Shown here: positions 9,726-18,275 of the stretch, in pieces
Layout: the number at the start of each line of letters is the position of its first letter
Numbering within the stretch: the stretch's first letter is position 1
IMG/VR virus record: IMGVR_UViG_3300044821_000131
Location: 62,001 to 126,000 of that record
Reading direction: 5' to 3' (one strand)
Length of the DNA stretch: 64,000 bases
The notes under the pieces: model-generated
Told to the model about the DNA's origin: nothing
Seen by the model: only the letters and a program-made list of their open reading frames with translations
Database searches by the model: none
Program-made: the position numbers and the translations under genes

Positions 9726-10445
9726 ATGAAATTCATATTTACACTACTCCTCATCCTGGCACTCAATCTCAGCCTTAACGCCCAAACACCTCCGTTCCCA
9801 GGGGGCACGAACAACCCTCCGATTACCAATTACGATGGCGGCGGCGTAACCGGCAGCACCTATGTGGTCGACACGAATCACCTCTACATCAAGTTCGTCA
9901 GCTACAGTACACACACTACTGGTAGTCACCACAATCCGATCGTCTGGGCCGACAAAGTGTTCTTCATCAGTGGGTATCTGGACACTAATTTGGTGTATGG
10001 GTTGGCTCAGTCCTCATCTATTAACGGCACGTACAAGACGATGGCTACATTCGTTGGAAATGCGAATGGTGTACTGGTGACCAATTCAGTTATTCTGTCT
10101 TCGACCATAACCTCTCCTGCCTGGTTCTTCCGTGCCGTGCAACAAGCTGGGTTCTTAGTGTGGTCCGATTACGAAGGTGGATCTTATGTGGCCTACACTA
10201 AGACCATTGCAGACGGTTGGGGCTGGTCACCGGATCGCAGTGAGTTGACGATCCAAGATCCTCAGAATAGTGACAACACCGTCTTGGCGTTCGGGTCCTA
10301 CGGCGACTCTTGGTCGGGGCAAGGCTTAGCCATCGTTCCGTTTCCCACCTACAGCCCGGTGTACGAATTCTCTATCACATTTGACGATCCTTTGAACCAA
10401 CCCTTTGGCATGTATCCGATCTGGTTAACCGGGTTTGCTCCCTAA
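9726..10445 (+). CDS. secreted Thr/Asn-rich protein
   Basis: Signal-peptide-like MKFIFTLLLILALNLSLNA-QT; repeated TN dipeptides. Confidence 0.8.
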   Translation: MKFIFTLLLILALNLSLNAQTPPFPGGTNNPPITNYDGGGVTGSTYVVDTNHLYIKFVSYSTHTTGSHHNPIVWADKVFFISGYLDTNLVYGLAQSSSINGTYKTMATFVGNANGVLVTNSVILSSTITSPAWFFRAVQQAGFLVWSDYEGGSYVAYTKTIADGWGWSPDRSELTIQDPQNSDNTVLAFGSYGDSWSGQGLAIVPFPTYSPVYEFSITFDDPLNQPFGMYPIWLTGFAP

Positions 10446-10446
10446 T

Positions 10447-10956
10447 ATGAGTTCTCTTCAATTACATCCGTCATTAGGCATCAATGCGCACCTCACGTTC
10501 TGTCCTCGTTGCGGCGGCGACGGACCCGACCTGATGCTTATCGGCAGTCGTACGAGTATCCTGCAATGTAACTCGTGCGGCATAACCATCTACGGCCATA
10601 AACCGTCTAAGCCTTGTCCAAAGTGTAAAAACGGTGGCCCATACTCCACTGGCAACTTCACTCACGTCGGCACCATCGGCGAGCGCGACAAACTGCCTGG
10701 TAGTTTGTGCGATAAGTGCAAAGCCGAGATCGAGTCATTTAAAAAGATCGTCGCTGATGGAGGCATATACTTTAAGTGCAAGACTTGTAAGAATACCGGT
10801 GTGATCAAGTCGAAGTCGGATATTTGTCGACTCGTTCGTGAAAAATTAAAAGTTGAAAAACCAGATCCCTGCGGTATCGAGTTCGAGAACTGCGAACAGC
10901 ATGCGGTGGAGGAATCTGAAACGAAGAAGAAATCCGATGCTAAAGCGCCTGATTGA
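10447..10956 (+). CDS. multi-zinc-ribbon protein
   Basis: CPRC, CNSC, CPKC, CDKC, CKTC pairs. Confidence 0.75.
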   Translation: MSSLQLHPSLGINAHLTFCPRCGGDGPDLMLIGSRTSILQCNSCGITIYGHKPSKPCPKCKNGGPYSTGNFTHVGTIGERDKLPGSLCDKCKAEIESFKKIVADGGIYFKCKTCKNTGVIKSKSDICRLVREKLKVEKPDPCGIEFENCEQHAVEESETKKKSDAKAPD

Positions 10957-11206
10957 TTGGTTGTTCGGTGTTCGACGTTACGGCTCTTCAGGGCTTACTC
11001 GTAAACGTCGAAACTATATCACAATGCTGGGGAACAAGAAGTACTGTATTGGGTACTACGACTACTGGTGCAAGTGTGGCACGAAGCTAACGCATGATGA
11101 ACCAAAGTCCTTTCAGTCCGTCCATGGCCGATACGGCATAGCCACAGCCAAGTGTGAAAAGTGTGGTATTCATTACGGCGTATTACCGGGATTTAGTGAT
11201 TTATGA
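10937..11206 (+). CDS. small zinc-ribbon protein
   Basis: CKCG...CEKCG. Confidence 0.6.
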   Translation: MLKRLIDWLFGVRRYGSSGLTRKRRNYITMLGNKKYCIGYYDYWCKCGTKLTHDEPKSFQSVHGRYGIATAKCEKCGIHYGVLPGFSDL

Positions 11207-11442
11207 ACGCATGTACAAAGAGTCTTAAAACCGGTTACGCAACTTACTATTTTCCGCCACAGTGGTCGTTTGTCGACACGGCAGAATGGATAGTTGCACA
11301 TCTGGGTGTGTTTATGGACGTTTGGGAGTTCGAGGTTGCTAAGATGGTAGATCAGACTTACTTGGAGTCAAAACAACTGAAACAATTCAATGAAAAAAAC
11401 TTGGCTAGTACACCGGTTAAACGCACCGACGAACGGAGCTAA
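11203..11442 (+). CDS. hypothetical protein
   Basis: ATGA overlap, 79 aa. Confidence 0.55.
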   Translation: MNACTKSLKTGYATYYFPPQWSFVDTAEWIVAHLGVFMDVWEFEVAKMVDQTYLESKQLKQFNEKNLASTPVKRTDERS

Positions 11443-11878
11443 CCCGTTCGCGTTCGGTGGCGGGTTTCGTAATGGTGGCATTTCTGACGGCTTGATGAAA
11501 AAGCTCATGCCGATCTTCTCTTTTGATTACATGGGCGCTGCCGAGTACGAGTTCGGCGATACGGCTGAAGCTTTGGAACTGATGTTGAGCGGCCAAAAAT
11601 TGGTGTCTGGTCAGATTCAGTTTCTTAAAACCCGACCGGAGGTCGTTGCATATTATATTTGTAACGCGTCGGATGAGTATGAAGTTCGAGACCGAATTAT
11701 CGCCTTGTACAAAGGCAAGCTGAATACCCGGGAGTATGTGTATTTGAAGCGGGTTTTCGATAAGGAGTACGAAGGAATGACTCGTGGCTGGCTGGAGTTG
11801 GATAACGGATTCGCGTTCTTTGTTGATCGGGAAATGTGGATCAAGTTTGGACGTTTGTTCGAATTAAACTTGGAGTGA
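11390..11878 (+). CDS. hypothetical large-phage protein
   Basis: 162 aa with FSFDYMGAAEYEFG motif. Confidence 0.75.
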   Translation: MKKTWLVHRLNAPTNGANPFAFGGGFRNGGISDGLMKKLMPIFSFDYMGAAEYEFGDTAEALELMLSGQKLVSGQIQFLKTRPEVVAYYICNASDEYEVRDRIIALYKGKLNTREYVYLKRVFDKEYEGMTRGWLELDNGFAFFVDREMWIKFGRLFELNLE

Positions 11879-12058
11879 TATGCCGACGGCTAAAATCGAG
11901 CGTCCTAACAAGCGGCGTGATCTGGACCGGTGGCGGTACAACCGACGGCGCCGCTTGGCCTGTATCCCGGTGCGGAACCGAACTGTGATGCAACAGGAAC
12001 GCATCACTCAACTTGAGTCTCTTATAGACTGGTCAGCCTTTAGACTGGGCAGTCCTTG
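11879..12058 (+). CDS. small Arg-rich hypothetical protein
   Basis: ATG directly after the upstream stop; 59 codons, below the ORF-track cutoff. Confidence 0.4.
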
Positions 12059-12065
12059 ATAAATT

Positions 12066-12344
12066 ATGAAACGTAAAACTATAGCTGATCCGGATGGTGA
12101 GCCCTTGCCAGTGAAGGAGGCGCTTGAGGCGTGGAATAAACTTACACGCCCTATGGAGAAGCTGGGTTTCGCAGTCAACGCAATCGATCCCCGGCGTGCA
12201 GTTCTTATGTCCCCATGGCGGCCCGGTGTTTTCTCTGCTGGTGAGTGCCATTCGTCGGATAAACGCGGCTTTGACTGGCGACTATCCTCCCGAGATAAAA
12301 CTTGTGCCGCGTTCTTCGACAACTCCATGTTACGCGTCGGGTGA
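12066..12344 (+). CDS. hypothetical protein
   Basis: 92-aa ORF, AT-rich leader. Confidence 0.6.
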   Translation: MKRKTIADPDGEPLPVKEALEAWNKLTRPMEKLGFAVNAIDPRRAVLMSPWRPGVFSAGECHSSDKRGFDWRLSSRDKTCAAFFDNSMLRVG

Positions 12345-12351
12345 GATTCCA

Positions 12352-12567
12352 TTGAAAGGTGATTTCATAATTCATCAGCGGGTGAACGAGGTTACCGATC
12401 GGTCGACGTTGTCAACTGAGGAGATCCAAATATGGATTGTCGTCGGCATCTGCGGCGATATGGTTCGATCTAAATGCAGTGGTGCCGATCGATGGCGTCA
12501 GGCTCATTACATAGACCGCATGTGCTTGTTGCAGCGAAAAACGGCACGGAAGCCGTTTGAGGACTGA
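12352..12567 (+). CDS. possible hypothetical protein (TTG start uncertain)
   Basis: 3' part of track ORF 12124-12567 fills the gap between genes. Confidence 0.35.
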   Translation: MKGDFIIHQRVNEVTDRSTLSTEEIQIWIVVGICGDMVRSKCSGADRWRQAHYIDRMCLLQRKTARKPFED

Positions 12568-12602
12568 GGCTATATGGCCAAATCAAAGAAAGTGCGAGAA
12601 TT

Positions 12603-12908
12603 ATGAACTACACATCGAAAGTAACCGAATGCCTGGGCTGTCCGCCGGGTGATCCTGATGTCTTTGCCAGATACGTCGCCAGTCTTCATCCGGAGGGTAA
12701 AGCTGCATCGAATGAATGTGCTGTGTCCGAGTGTGCTTTACCCGAAGTGACTACAGGCATTTTGGAGGCATACGTGTCGGACATCTATAAAGCAGCAGCA
12801 ATCAATCCCGGTGGTTGGGACGAGCAAAGAATCAAGAACTTCATTCGAGCCGTGCTGCAGTCATACGCTGAGTCGACTTGGAAAACTCGACAAGAACGTT
12901 CTTCATGA
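12603..12908 (+). CDS. protein whose N-terminus is a copy of the neighbouring RAMP N-terminus
   Basis: 12621-12692 matches 13046-13117 at 59/72 nt (17/24 aa); the rest appears unrelated. Confidence 0.7.
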   Translation: MNYTSKVTECLGCPPGDPDVFARYVASLHPEGKAASNECAVSECALPEVTTGILEAYVSDIYKAAAINPGGWDEQRIKNFIRAVLQSYAESTWKTRQERSS

Positions 12909-12976
12909 CTGACGGGCTTGGCTTAGTCATCTTCTGGACGCGAAACAGGACCGCGTTCAGATACAGTAAAGTCCTG
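12905..12976 (+). promoter_or_regulatory. predicted hairpin plus H-type pseudoknot in the RAMP-gene leader
   Basis: Stem 12905-12912/12923-12930; stem 12933-12942/12952-12961 (10 bp, one GU) whose loop CAGGAC (12946-12951) complements GTCCTG (12971-12976). Confidence 0.45.
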
Positions 12977-13018
12977 AAACTAAATAACTAAACATTAACA
13001 AAATAACAAAACAAACAT

Positions 13019-13687
13019 ATGATACTCAAAATCCACAGTGTTCTCGTAACCGAATGCATGGGCACCAAACCGGCTGACCCTGATGTCTTTGCCAAATACA
13101 TTGGCAGTCTTCATCCGTCCGGCACCGTTCAGCGTGACGAACTGGATAACGCCAAGGCCCGTGAAGCCACGGGCACCACGATCTTTCATCGTGACGTCTC
13201 CGACGACGCCCCCATCATCTATGACTATCAGGTCAAAGGCTTCATCAAGGCGGCCTGCACCGCCACTAACCGCTTCGACAAGGAATACCGTAACGGCCTG
13301 GGCAAGCTGACGGCCTGTCGCGCCAAGATCACGGAGGCATTGTTCATCAAGCCCCGGATCATTCGAATGGAAATGCCCAAGGGTCTGGAACGCGGCGTTT
13401 GTGAACGCCCGTTGATCGCCGAGACCGCCCAGGGCAAACGCGTGACAGTGGTGCGTTCCGAAACGGTTCCGGCCGGCACGGTGCTCGACTTCGAGATCCA
13501 CCTCTTCGCCAAGGAGCTTCTGCCCCATCTCAAAGTGTGGTTGAACTACGGCCTGATGATCGGTCTCGGCCAATGGCGTAACAGCGGCAAGGGCCAGTTC
13601 AAATGGGAACTGATGAACCCGGAAGTGCTGCCTACGCCTGACGCCATGGACAAAGTGCCCAAGTCGGAAGACGCGGGCGAAGAATAA
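13019..13687 (+). CDS. solitary Cas7/RAMP-fold protein (Csf2/Csm3-like, Vipr-like)
   Basis: N-terminal strand LVTECMGT; GTTIFHRD..PIIYDYQVKGFIKAAC; CERPL.AETAQGKR..V.SE.VPAGT..FEI; C-terminal glycine-rich loop GLGQWRNSGKGQF. No other cas genes in the window. Confidence 0.85.
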   Translation: MILKIHSVLVTECMGTKPADPDVFAKYIGSLHPSGTVQRDELDNAKAREATGTTIFHRDVSDDAPIIYDYQVKGFIKAACTATNRFDKEYRNGLGKLTACRAKITEALFIKPRIIRMEMPKGLERGVCERPLIAETAQGKRVTVVRSETVPAGTVLDFEIHLFAKELLPHLKVWLNYGLMIGLGQWRNSGKGQFKWELMNPEVLPTPDAMDKVPKSEDAGEE

Positions 13688-13711
13688 ATTCAGTTCGCGA
13701 ATATCTGTCAT

Positions 13712-13753
13712 TGCCCGGGCCTTGATACAGGGCTCGGGCATTGAACTTTTCAA
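13712..13753 (+). terminator. GC-rich hairpin (plus small AT hairpin) between RAMP gene and array
   Basis: TGCCCGGGCCTTG-ATA-CAGGGCTCGGGCA (13 bp, two GU), then TTGAA-CTT-TTCAA; terminator or processing site. Confidence 0.5.
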
Positions 13754-13800
13754 ATAACTGCTTCGCCGCTAATCCCGGTGAGGTCGATTATCCTTTAAAG

Positions 13801-14991
13801 CAAAGTGCAGGCAGAGTTTAGTTGGGTAATGGTTTGGTAAGGTCACGTGTGGTCGTGTGAGGGTATAGTCAGGTTAGGTACTGGTCAAGTTAAGCGTGGT
13901 GCTGGCGAAGTGCGGTATTGTGTAGCGTCGGCAAGGTAATGTTACGCGTGGTGACGGCAAAGTAATGTTACGCGTCGTGACGGCAACGTATCGTTTAGTT
14001 AAGGTAAAGTAAGGTGGAGCGCAGTGCAGGTAATGTTACGCGGTGTGAGGGCAACGTATCGTCTAGTTAAGGTAAAGTACAGTGGTGTGATGGTCAGGTT
14101 TGGCCTTGTGCGGGTACGGCAAAGTATAGTTCGGTATTGGCAAAGTTTCGTATTGTGAGGGTAAGGTAAAGTCTGGTCACGTAACGGTAAGGCGTGGTCG
14201 TGTGAGGGCATCGTAAAGTTCTGTCTTGTCTTGGCACTGTAAAGTTCAGTGCTGGCGTGGTGCAGTCGTGTGGAGGCACTGTTTGGTAGCGCGCAGGTAA
14301 AGTAGAGTGCCGTGCCGTGCTGGTAAGGTCTCGATATGCGAAGTGATGGCAAAGTTCTGTTGCGTGTCGGCAAAGTTGAGTCGTGTAACGGCAAAGTCCG
14401 GTCGTGTAACGGCAAAGTCCAGTCCTGTGTCGGCGTAGTGCAGTCCAGTCGTGTCACGGTTTGGTATAGTACAGTGAAGTGCTGGCGTGGTACAGTCCCG
14501 TTAAGGCCCTGTTTGGTAAAGTGAAGTGGGGGCAAAGTTCTGTGTTGTGTCGGCAATGCAAAGTATCGCGCAGTGCAGGCAATGTACAGTTCCGTTCGGG
14601 TCATGTTAGGTGCAGTATAGGCAAGGTCAAGCGCAGTGCAGGCAACGTCAAGTGCAGTAAAGGCGAAGTCATGTTAGGTGCCGTGAAGGCAACGTATGGT
14701 GGCGTTCGGTTTGGGTATGGTATCGTGCAGTGAGGTGAAGGCTAAGTATGGCGCCGTAGAGGCAAGGTTGGGTCCCGCAGAGTGATGGTATGGTCAAGTA
14801 TAGTGCGGTGAAGTGACGGCAAAGTTCAGTAACGTAACGTGAAGGCAAAGTGTGGTAACGTGGTGTGATGGCCGAGTACCGTATCGTCACGTGCGGGCAT
14901 AGTGCCGTGAGGTGAAGGCAACGTGCCGCATCGTCACGTGAGGGCAGAGTAGCGTATCGTCACGTGCGGGCAAAGTATGGGTTATGTTGGC
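13801..14991 (+). ncRNA. pentamer-periodic array [NN-NGY]n punctuated by NN-NGGY hexamers; candidate guide RNA for the RAMP
   Basis: 14581 onward parses as aa-tgt ac-agt tc-cgt tc-gggt ca-tgt ta-ggt gc-agt at-aggc aa-ggt ca-agc gc-agt gc-aggc; the register held throughout where I parsed it; 5- and 26-nt periods are not codon multiples. Confidence 0.8.
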
Positions 14992-15009
14992 ACACACCGG
15001 GTGATTGAG

Positions 15010-15093
15010 GCTTGCACGGCACGGATTTTAAAGATCAGCAGTGCCCCATAGTTTCTAACACTGATCCCGTCCGCCCGTGCAAGCTTCTTTTCT
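15010..15093 (+). terminator. long hairpin with U-tract closing the array transcript
   Basis: GCTTGCACGG (15010-15019) / CCGTGCAAGC (15075-15084), inner GATCAG/CTGATC, then TTCTTTTCT. Confidence 0.65.
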
Positions 15094-15118
15094 GAATTTT
15101 AATTTCCAGTAAATTTAT

Positions 15119-15586
15119 ATGCACAAAATCATTTTTGATAAACTTCGTCAGCTTGCTCCTTCCTTGAGTGTACAAGTGATATGGACGCATGATGACTATT
15201 CCCGTTTTGCCGAGGTCAGACATTGTTGTAAGGGTGGGCCTTCCAAGTGGCAAGCTTGGAACAGCGAAGTTCGTGCTACCATCATCGACGACGGGCACAT
15301 CATTTCTGGCAAATCATATTTAGGTGGCACTTGGGAACGAGCTAATCGGCATCCCAGTAAGAGCAATCCTAACATCTCGGGTTATCTACCGCAGATGGTC
15401 GAAGAGGCTTTGCAAGAACTACGGCTTCACTCAACCGCTCCAGAAATTAAAACACTTTTGGAGTCTGCAATCGCTACAGTGCGTCAGATCATACACGAAG
15501 ATTATGAGCAGAAAATCGAACTGGCTCCGCCGCGGTCTACAGAAGCCTCAAACAGAGTCCGACAGATTAAAAATAAAACAGGCTAA
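15119..15586 (+). CDS. hypothetical protein
   Basis: 155 aa, SYLGGTW...ISGYLPQMVEEAL. Confidence 0.7.
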   Translation: MHKIIFDKLRQLAPSLSVQVIWTHDDYSRFAEVRHCCKGGPSKWQAWNSEVRATIIDDGHIISGKSYLGGTWERANRHPSKSNPNISGYLPQMVEEALQELRLHSTAPEIKTLLESAIATVRQIIHEDYEQKIELAPPRSTEASNRVRQIKNKTG

Positions 15587-15737
15587 ATGGCTGGACCGGC
15601 AACTCGCTAAATTACCAAACGATCCAGCATTGCGTGAGTACGCGCGAAAGAATCCCCAATTTTTGACATGAAACATTTTCGAAAAGAACACTACTGCAGG
15701 CATTTCGGCTGTTGGATTGGTTGTTCAGGACATTGAT

Positions 15738-15887
15738 ATGATTGTAAACTTGGTGTCATTACTCGCTATTGCGGCGGCATGACTCGTGATAATGATAATA
15801 GTCATTGCAATGTTTATGGCCTCAACGTGTTCGTTCTTTGGTGGCAGGTCGGATTCGGAATTTACATTTAATGAAAGGTTTGAATGA
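15738..15887 (+). pseudogene. small membrane-protein ORF with one internal TGA (or sequencing error)
   Basis: MIVNLVSLLAIAAA*LVIMIIVIAMFMAS...; TGA at 15780-15782 splits a hydrophobic helix; final TGA overlaps the next ATG. Confidence 0.35.
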
Positions 15888-16348
15888 TCGAAGAAACTAA
15901 TACGCGAGTCAAAGATGTGCCGGTCGCTTTTTGTGACGACACAGATCCTGCCTATGTTCCACTCGAAGTGTTTGAACAGGCCTATCAAGGCTATCTGCTC
16001 ATAGTCAAGCAAACCGGATTGCCCCTTCATGCTGTAAAGGACAGGATTATTGAACGAGGTGGCTTTACTGCAATTGAGCTAGATACATTCTGTCCAGACT
16101 GGCGAAAGCAGTGTGAGCGGATAAACCGGCAACGACTAGCTAAGTCCGCCTCCGATACACATCAGAAAATGTTGTTCGCCATGGCGAAACTTTCGGTGGA
16201 GTTCCGGGAATATGTGGCCGCCATAGCTTACGAACAAGGACATTCGGCCGGATCTGAGGAAGTGGACGCTATCGCATGTGGTATGGCGACGGACTTGTTG
16301 CCATATATTTCGAGGTATAATACAAGAAAAAATATTCCCAATGACTAG
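15884..16348 (+). CDS. hypothetical protein
   Basis: 154 aa, GGFTAIEL motif. Confidence 0.7.
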   Translation: MIEETNTRVKDVPVAFCDDTDPAYVPLEVFEQAYQGYLLIVKQTGLPLHAVKDRIIERGGFTAIELDTFCPDWRKQCERINRQRLAKSASDTHQKMLFAMAKLSVEFREYVAAIAYEQGHSAGSEEVDAIACGMATDLLPYISRYNTRKNIPND

Positions 16349-16544
16349 CAACTTCAAAGAGTGGTGTCTGATGTCCGTGGTTATTACCGTCGTATGCGAA
16401 TCTTTAATCTGGTTTCTGTACGACGTCCACGATGCTTCAGTGTATTCAATGATGTGGATGGTGCTGCCGTACATGCCATTCATATCAGCAGTGATGTTGA
16501 TTCTGATCTGGTTGCTCGATAAACAAAAACAGCATGAAAAGTAA
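16341..16544 (+). CDS. small two-TM membrane protein
   Basis: Two hydrophobic stretches; start placed at ATG 16341. Confidence 0.6.
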   Translation: MTSNFKEWCLMSVVITVVCESLIWFLYDVHDASVYSMMWMVLPYMPFISAVMLILIWLLDKQKQHEK

Positions 16545-16905
16545 AAAGGCAAAAGGTAAGAGAACCAAAATCTCGTCCTCGTCCTGCGGGGCTTCGAGGT
16601 TCAGGCTTCATATAAGTTATAGACCAGAGACACCTATCGAAATGTTTGGCGCCAAGCACAATCTCACGCTACACGTGGAGGAGCGCGAAGCAGATCGGCC
16701 TAATTACCGAGCAGATAATCGATATCATGCCAGCTTTCCAAATGTGGAGGTTAAGGACGGAATCTTTCTTAGATCTGTTTTCGGCGACGGCGATACGGTT
16801 GCAGCAGCACTTAAGGACTATTGTGGTCAACTGTCCTCGAAATGTATAGTGATTGACGCTATGCTGGAAACTCGTCGAGAGCTTGATGTGCCGAAACTCT
16901 TATGA
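16534..16905 (+). CDS. hypothetical protein (weak HicB-like segment)
   Basis: YHASFPNVE...FGDGDTVAAAL. Confidence 0.6.
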   Translation: MKSKKAKGKRTKISSSSCGASRFRLHISYRPETPIEMFGAKHNLTLHVEEREADRPNYRADNRYHASFPNVEVKDGIFLRSVFGDGDTVAAALKDYCGQLSSKCIVIDAMLETRRELDVPKLL

Positions 16906-17693
16906 ACCTATATCTAAAAGATTCAGACGGTAATTGGAAATCACACAGCTACGAAACGTTATCCGATTTGGCCAATGAGTTTGCCAAACGTAACATAAAA
17001 ATCGGCAATGACGTGACGATCGGCGATTACGTGGCGCTCGGCAATGACGTGACGATCGGCGATGACGTGATGATCGGCAATTACGTGAGGATCGGCAATC
17101 GCGTGACGATCGGCAATTTCGTGAAGATCGGCGATTACGTGACGATCGGCAATCGCGTGGCGATCGGCAATCGCGTGACGATCGGCAATGGCGTGACGAT
17201 CGACAATTACGTGACGATCGGCGATGACGTGACGATCGGCAATCGCGTGACGATCGGCGATTACGTGGCGCTCGGCAATGGCGTGACGATCGGCGATGAC
17301 GTGGCGATCGGCAATGACGTGAAGATCGGCAATGACGTGGAGATCGGCAATGACGTGAGGATCGGCAATCGCGTGATGATCGGCAACGACGTGGAGATCG
17401 GCGATGACGTGATGATCGGCGATTACGTGGTTATTCCCAAAGCTGCGAACGTCCAACTCCAATACGACTTAGTAGTTATCAACAACTTGGGATCCCGGAA
17501 CGCGGCCTTATCTGCTGTTAAAATCAAGGATATCATCCATGTCGCGACTGGGTGCTTCAGTGGCACGATTGATGAGTTTGAGAAGAGGGTAAAGGAAGTG
17601 CATGGGGAGAGTGAGCATGGGCAACAGTACGCTATGGCTTTAACTTACATTCATTCGAGGTTGGGTCGTAAAACAAGAGCTCGGAAGAAATAG
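16902..17693 (+). CDS. left-handed beta-helix (hexapeptide repeat) protein
   Basis: Long run of IG(N/D)xVx hexapeptides from an 18-nt repeat; C-terminal GSRN...TGCFSGTIDEF. Confidence 0.85.
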   Translation: MNLYLKDSDGNWKSHSYETLSDLANEFAKRNIKIGNDVTIGDYVALGNDVTIGDDVMIGNYVRIGNRVTIGNFVKIGDYVTIGNRVAIGNRVTIGNGVTIDNYVTIGDDVTIGNRVTIGDYVALGNGVTIGDDVAIGNDVKIGNDVEIGNDVRIGNRVMIGNDVEIGDDVMIGDYVVIPKAANVQLQYDLVVINNLGSRNAALSAVKIKDIIHVATGCFSGTIDEFEKRVKEVHGESEHGQQYAMALTYIHSRLGRKTRARKK

Positions 17694-17740
17694 CTTGGCT
17701 CGCGGACTACGATTGATTACAACGAATCTGAATCGTAAAA

Positions 17741-17781
17741 GTGTCCCGCCTGGACTTCGGTTCAGGCGGGATATTCTTTTT
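17741..17781 (+). terminator. intrinsic terminator
   Basis: TCCCGCCTGGA-CTTCGG-TTCAGGCGGGA (cUUCGg loop) followed by TTCTTTTT. Confidence 0.85.
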
Positions 17782-17793
17782 GTTAGCTATCAG

Positions 17794-17822
17794 TTGACAA
17801 AGTGTTTCAGGTAACCGATAGT
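17794..17822 (+). promoter_or_regulatory. sigma70-like promoter
   Basis: TTGACA-17-GATAGT right after the terminator. Confidence 0.5.
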
Positions 17823-17905
17823 CTGATCGCATGTCGGAAAATAAACATCACCTGATACGACATCACTCGTGGCAGGGAACAATAAATGAAAGGTTAAAAT
17901 ACATT

Positions 17906-18178
17906 ATGAGCGCACTCGATGATCTGAAAATAGCCACTCAAGGCTTGGTTGCTGAAGCCTCTGCCGTCGCCGCCGCGGTCCTTGCTCTGAATAACACGAT
18001 TGCCTCGTTGCAGGCCCAACTCGCCGCTCCGCAGATCGACCCCGCAGCTGTCGAAGCCGAAGTCGCCCAAATCCAAAGCGTCACCGCCTCGTTGCAAGCC
18101 GCAATTACCCCGGCTGCCACTCCGGCACCCGCCGCAGTCACAACGCCCACTACTCCAGATCCAGCCGCCAGTAACTAA
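17906..18178 (+). CDS. small Ala-rich coiled-coil protein
   Basis: MSALDDLKIATQGL...; Pro/Thr/Ala tail. Confidence 0.75.
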   Translation: MSALDDLKIATQGLVAEASAVAAAVLALNNTIASLQAQLAAPQIDPAAVEAEVAQIQSVTASLQAAITPAATPAPAAVTTPTTPDPAASN

Positions 18179-18275
18179 TTTGTGGGGATCGAAATCAACA
18201 GCGTTCAGAATCATATCTGAACGCTGTTTTTGCTTGTGAGACTCGAATATCGCCGATACTATGCCCGTGACATTT

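Noticed and set aside
12905-12980. Hammerhead ribozyme (CTGACGG ... GAAAC)
   Set aside because: Core is not CUGANGA and the three stems cannot be assembled; a simple pseudoknot fits better.
13999-14890. ORFs over the pentamer array (13999-14604, 14094-14279, 14669-14890 on -; 14336-14524, 14479-14733 on +)
   Set aside because: Their quasi-repeats are by-products of a 5-nt period; internal duplications of 26 nt are not in frame; the minus strand is otherwise gene-free.
13801-14991. Canonical CRISPR array next to the Cas7-like gene
   Set aside because: No constant 25-45-nt repeat alternating with unique spacers, and no cas1/cas2/cas6 in the window.
15738-15887. Stop-codon reassignment (TGA read-through)
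   Set aside because: Only one suggestive case; many genes end in TGA with ATGA overlaps and conserved proteins are intact under code 11.
16902-17693. lpxD / acyltransferase gene assignment
   Set aside because: Only the generic hexapeptide repeat is present; no LpxD-specific domains recognised.
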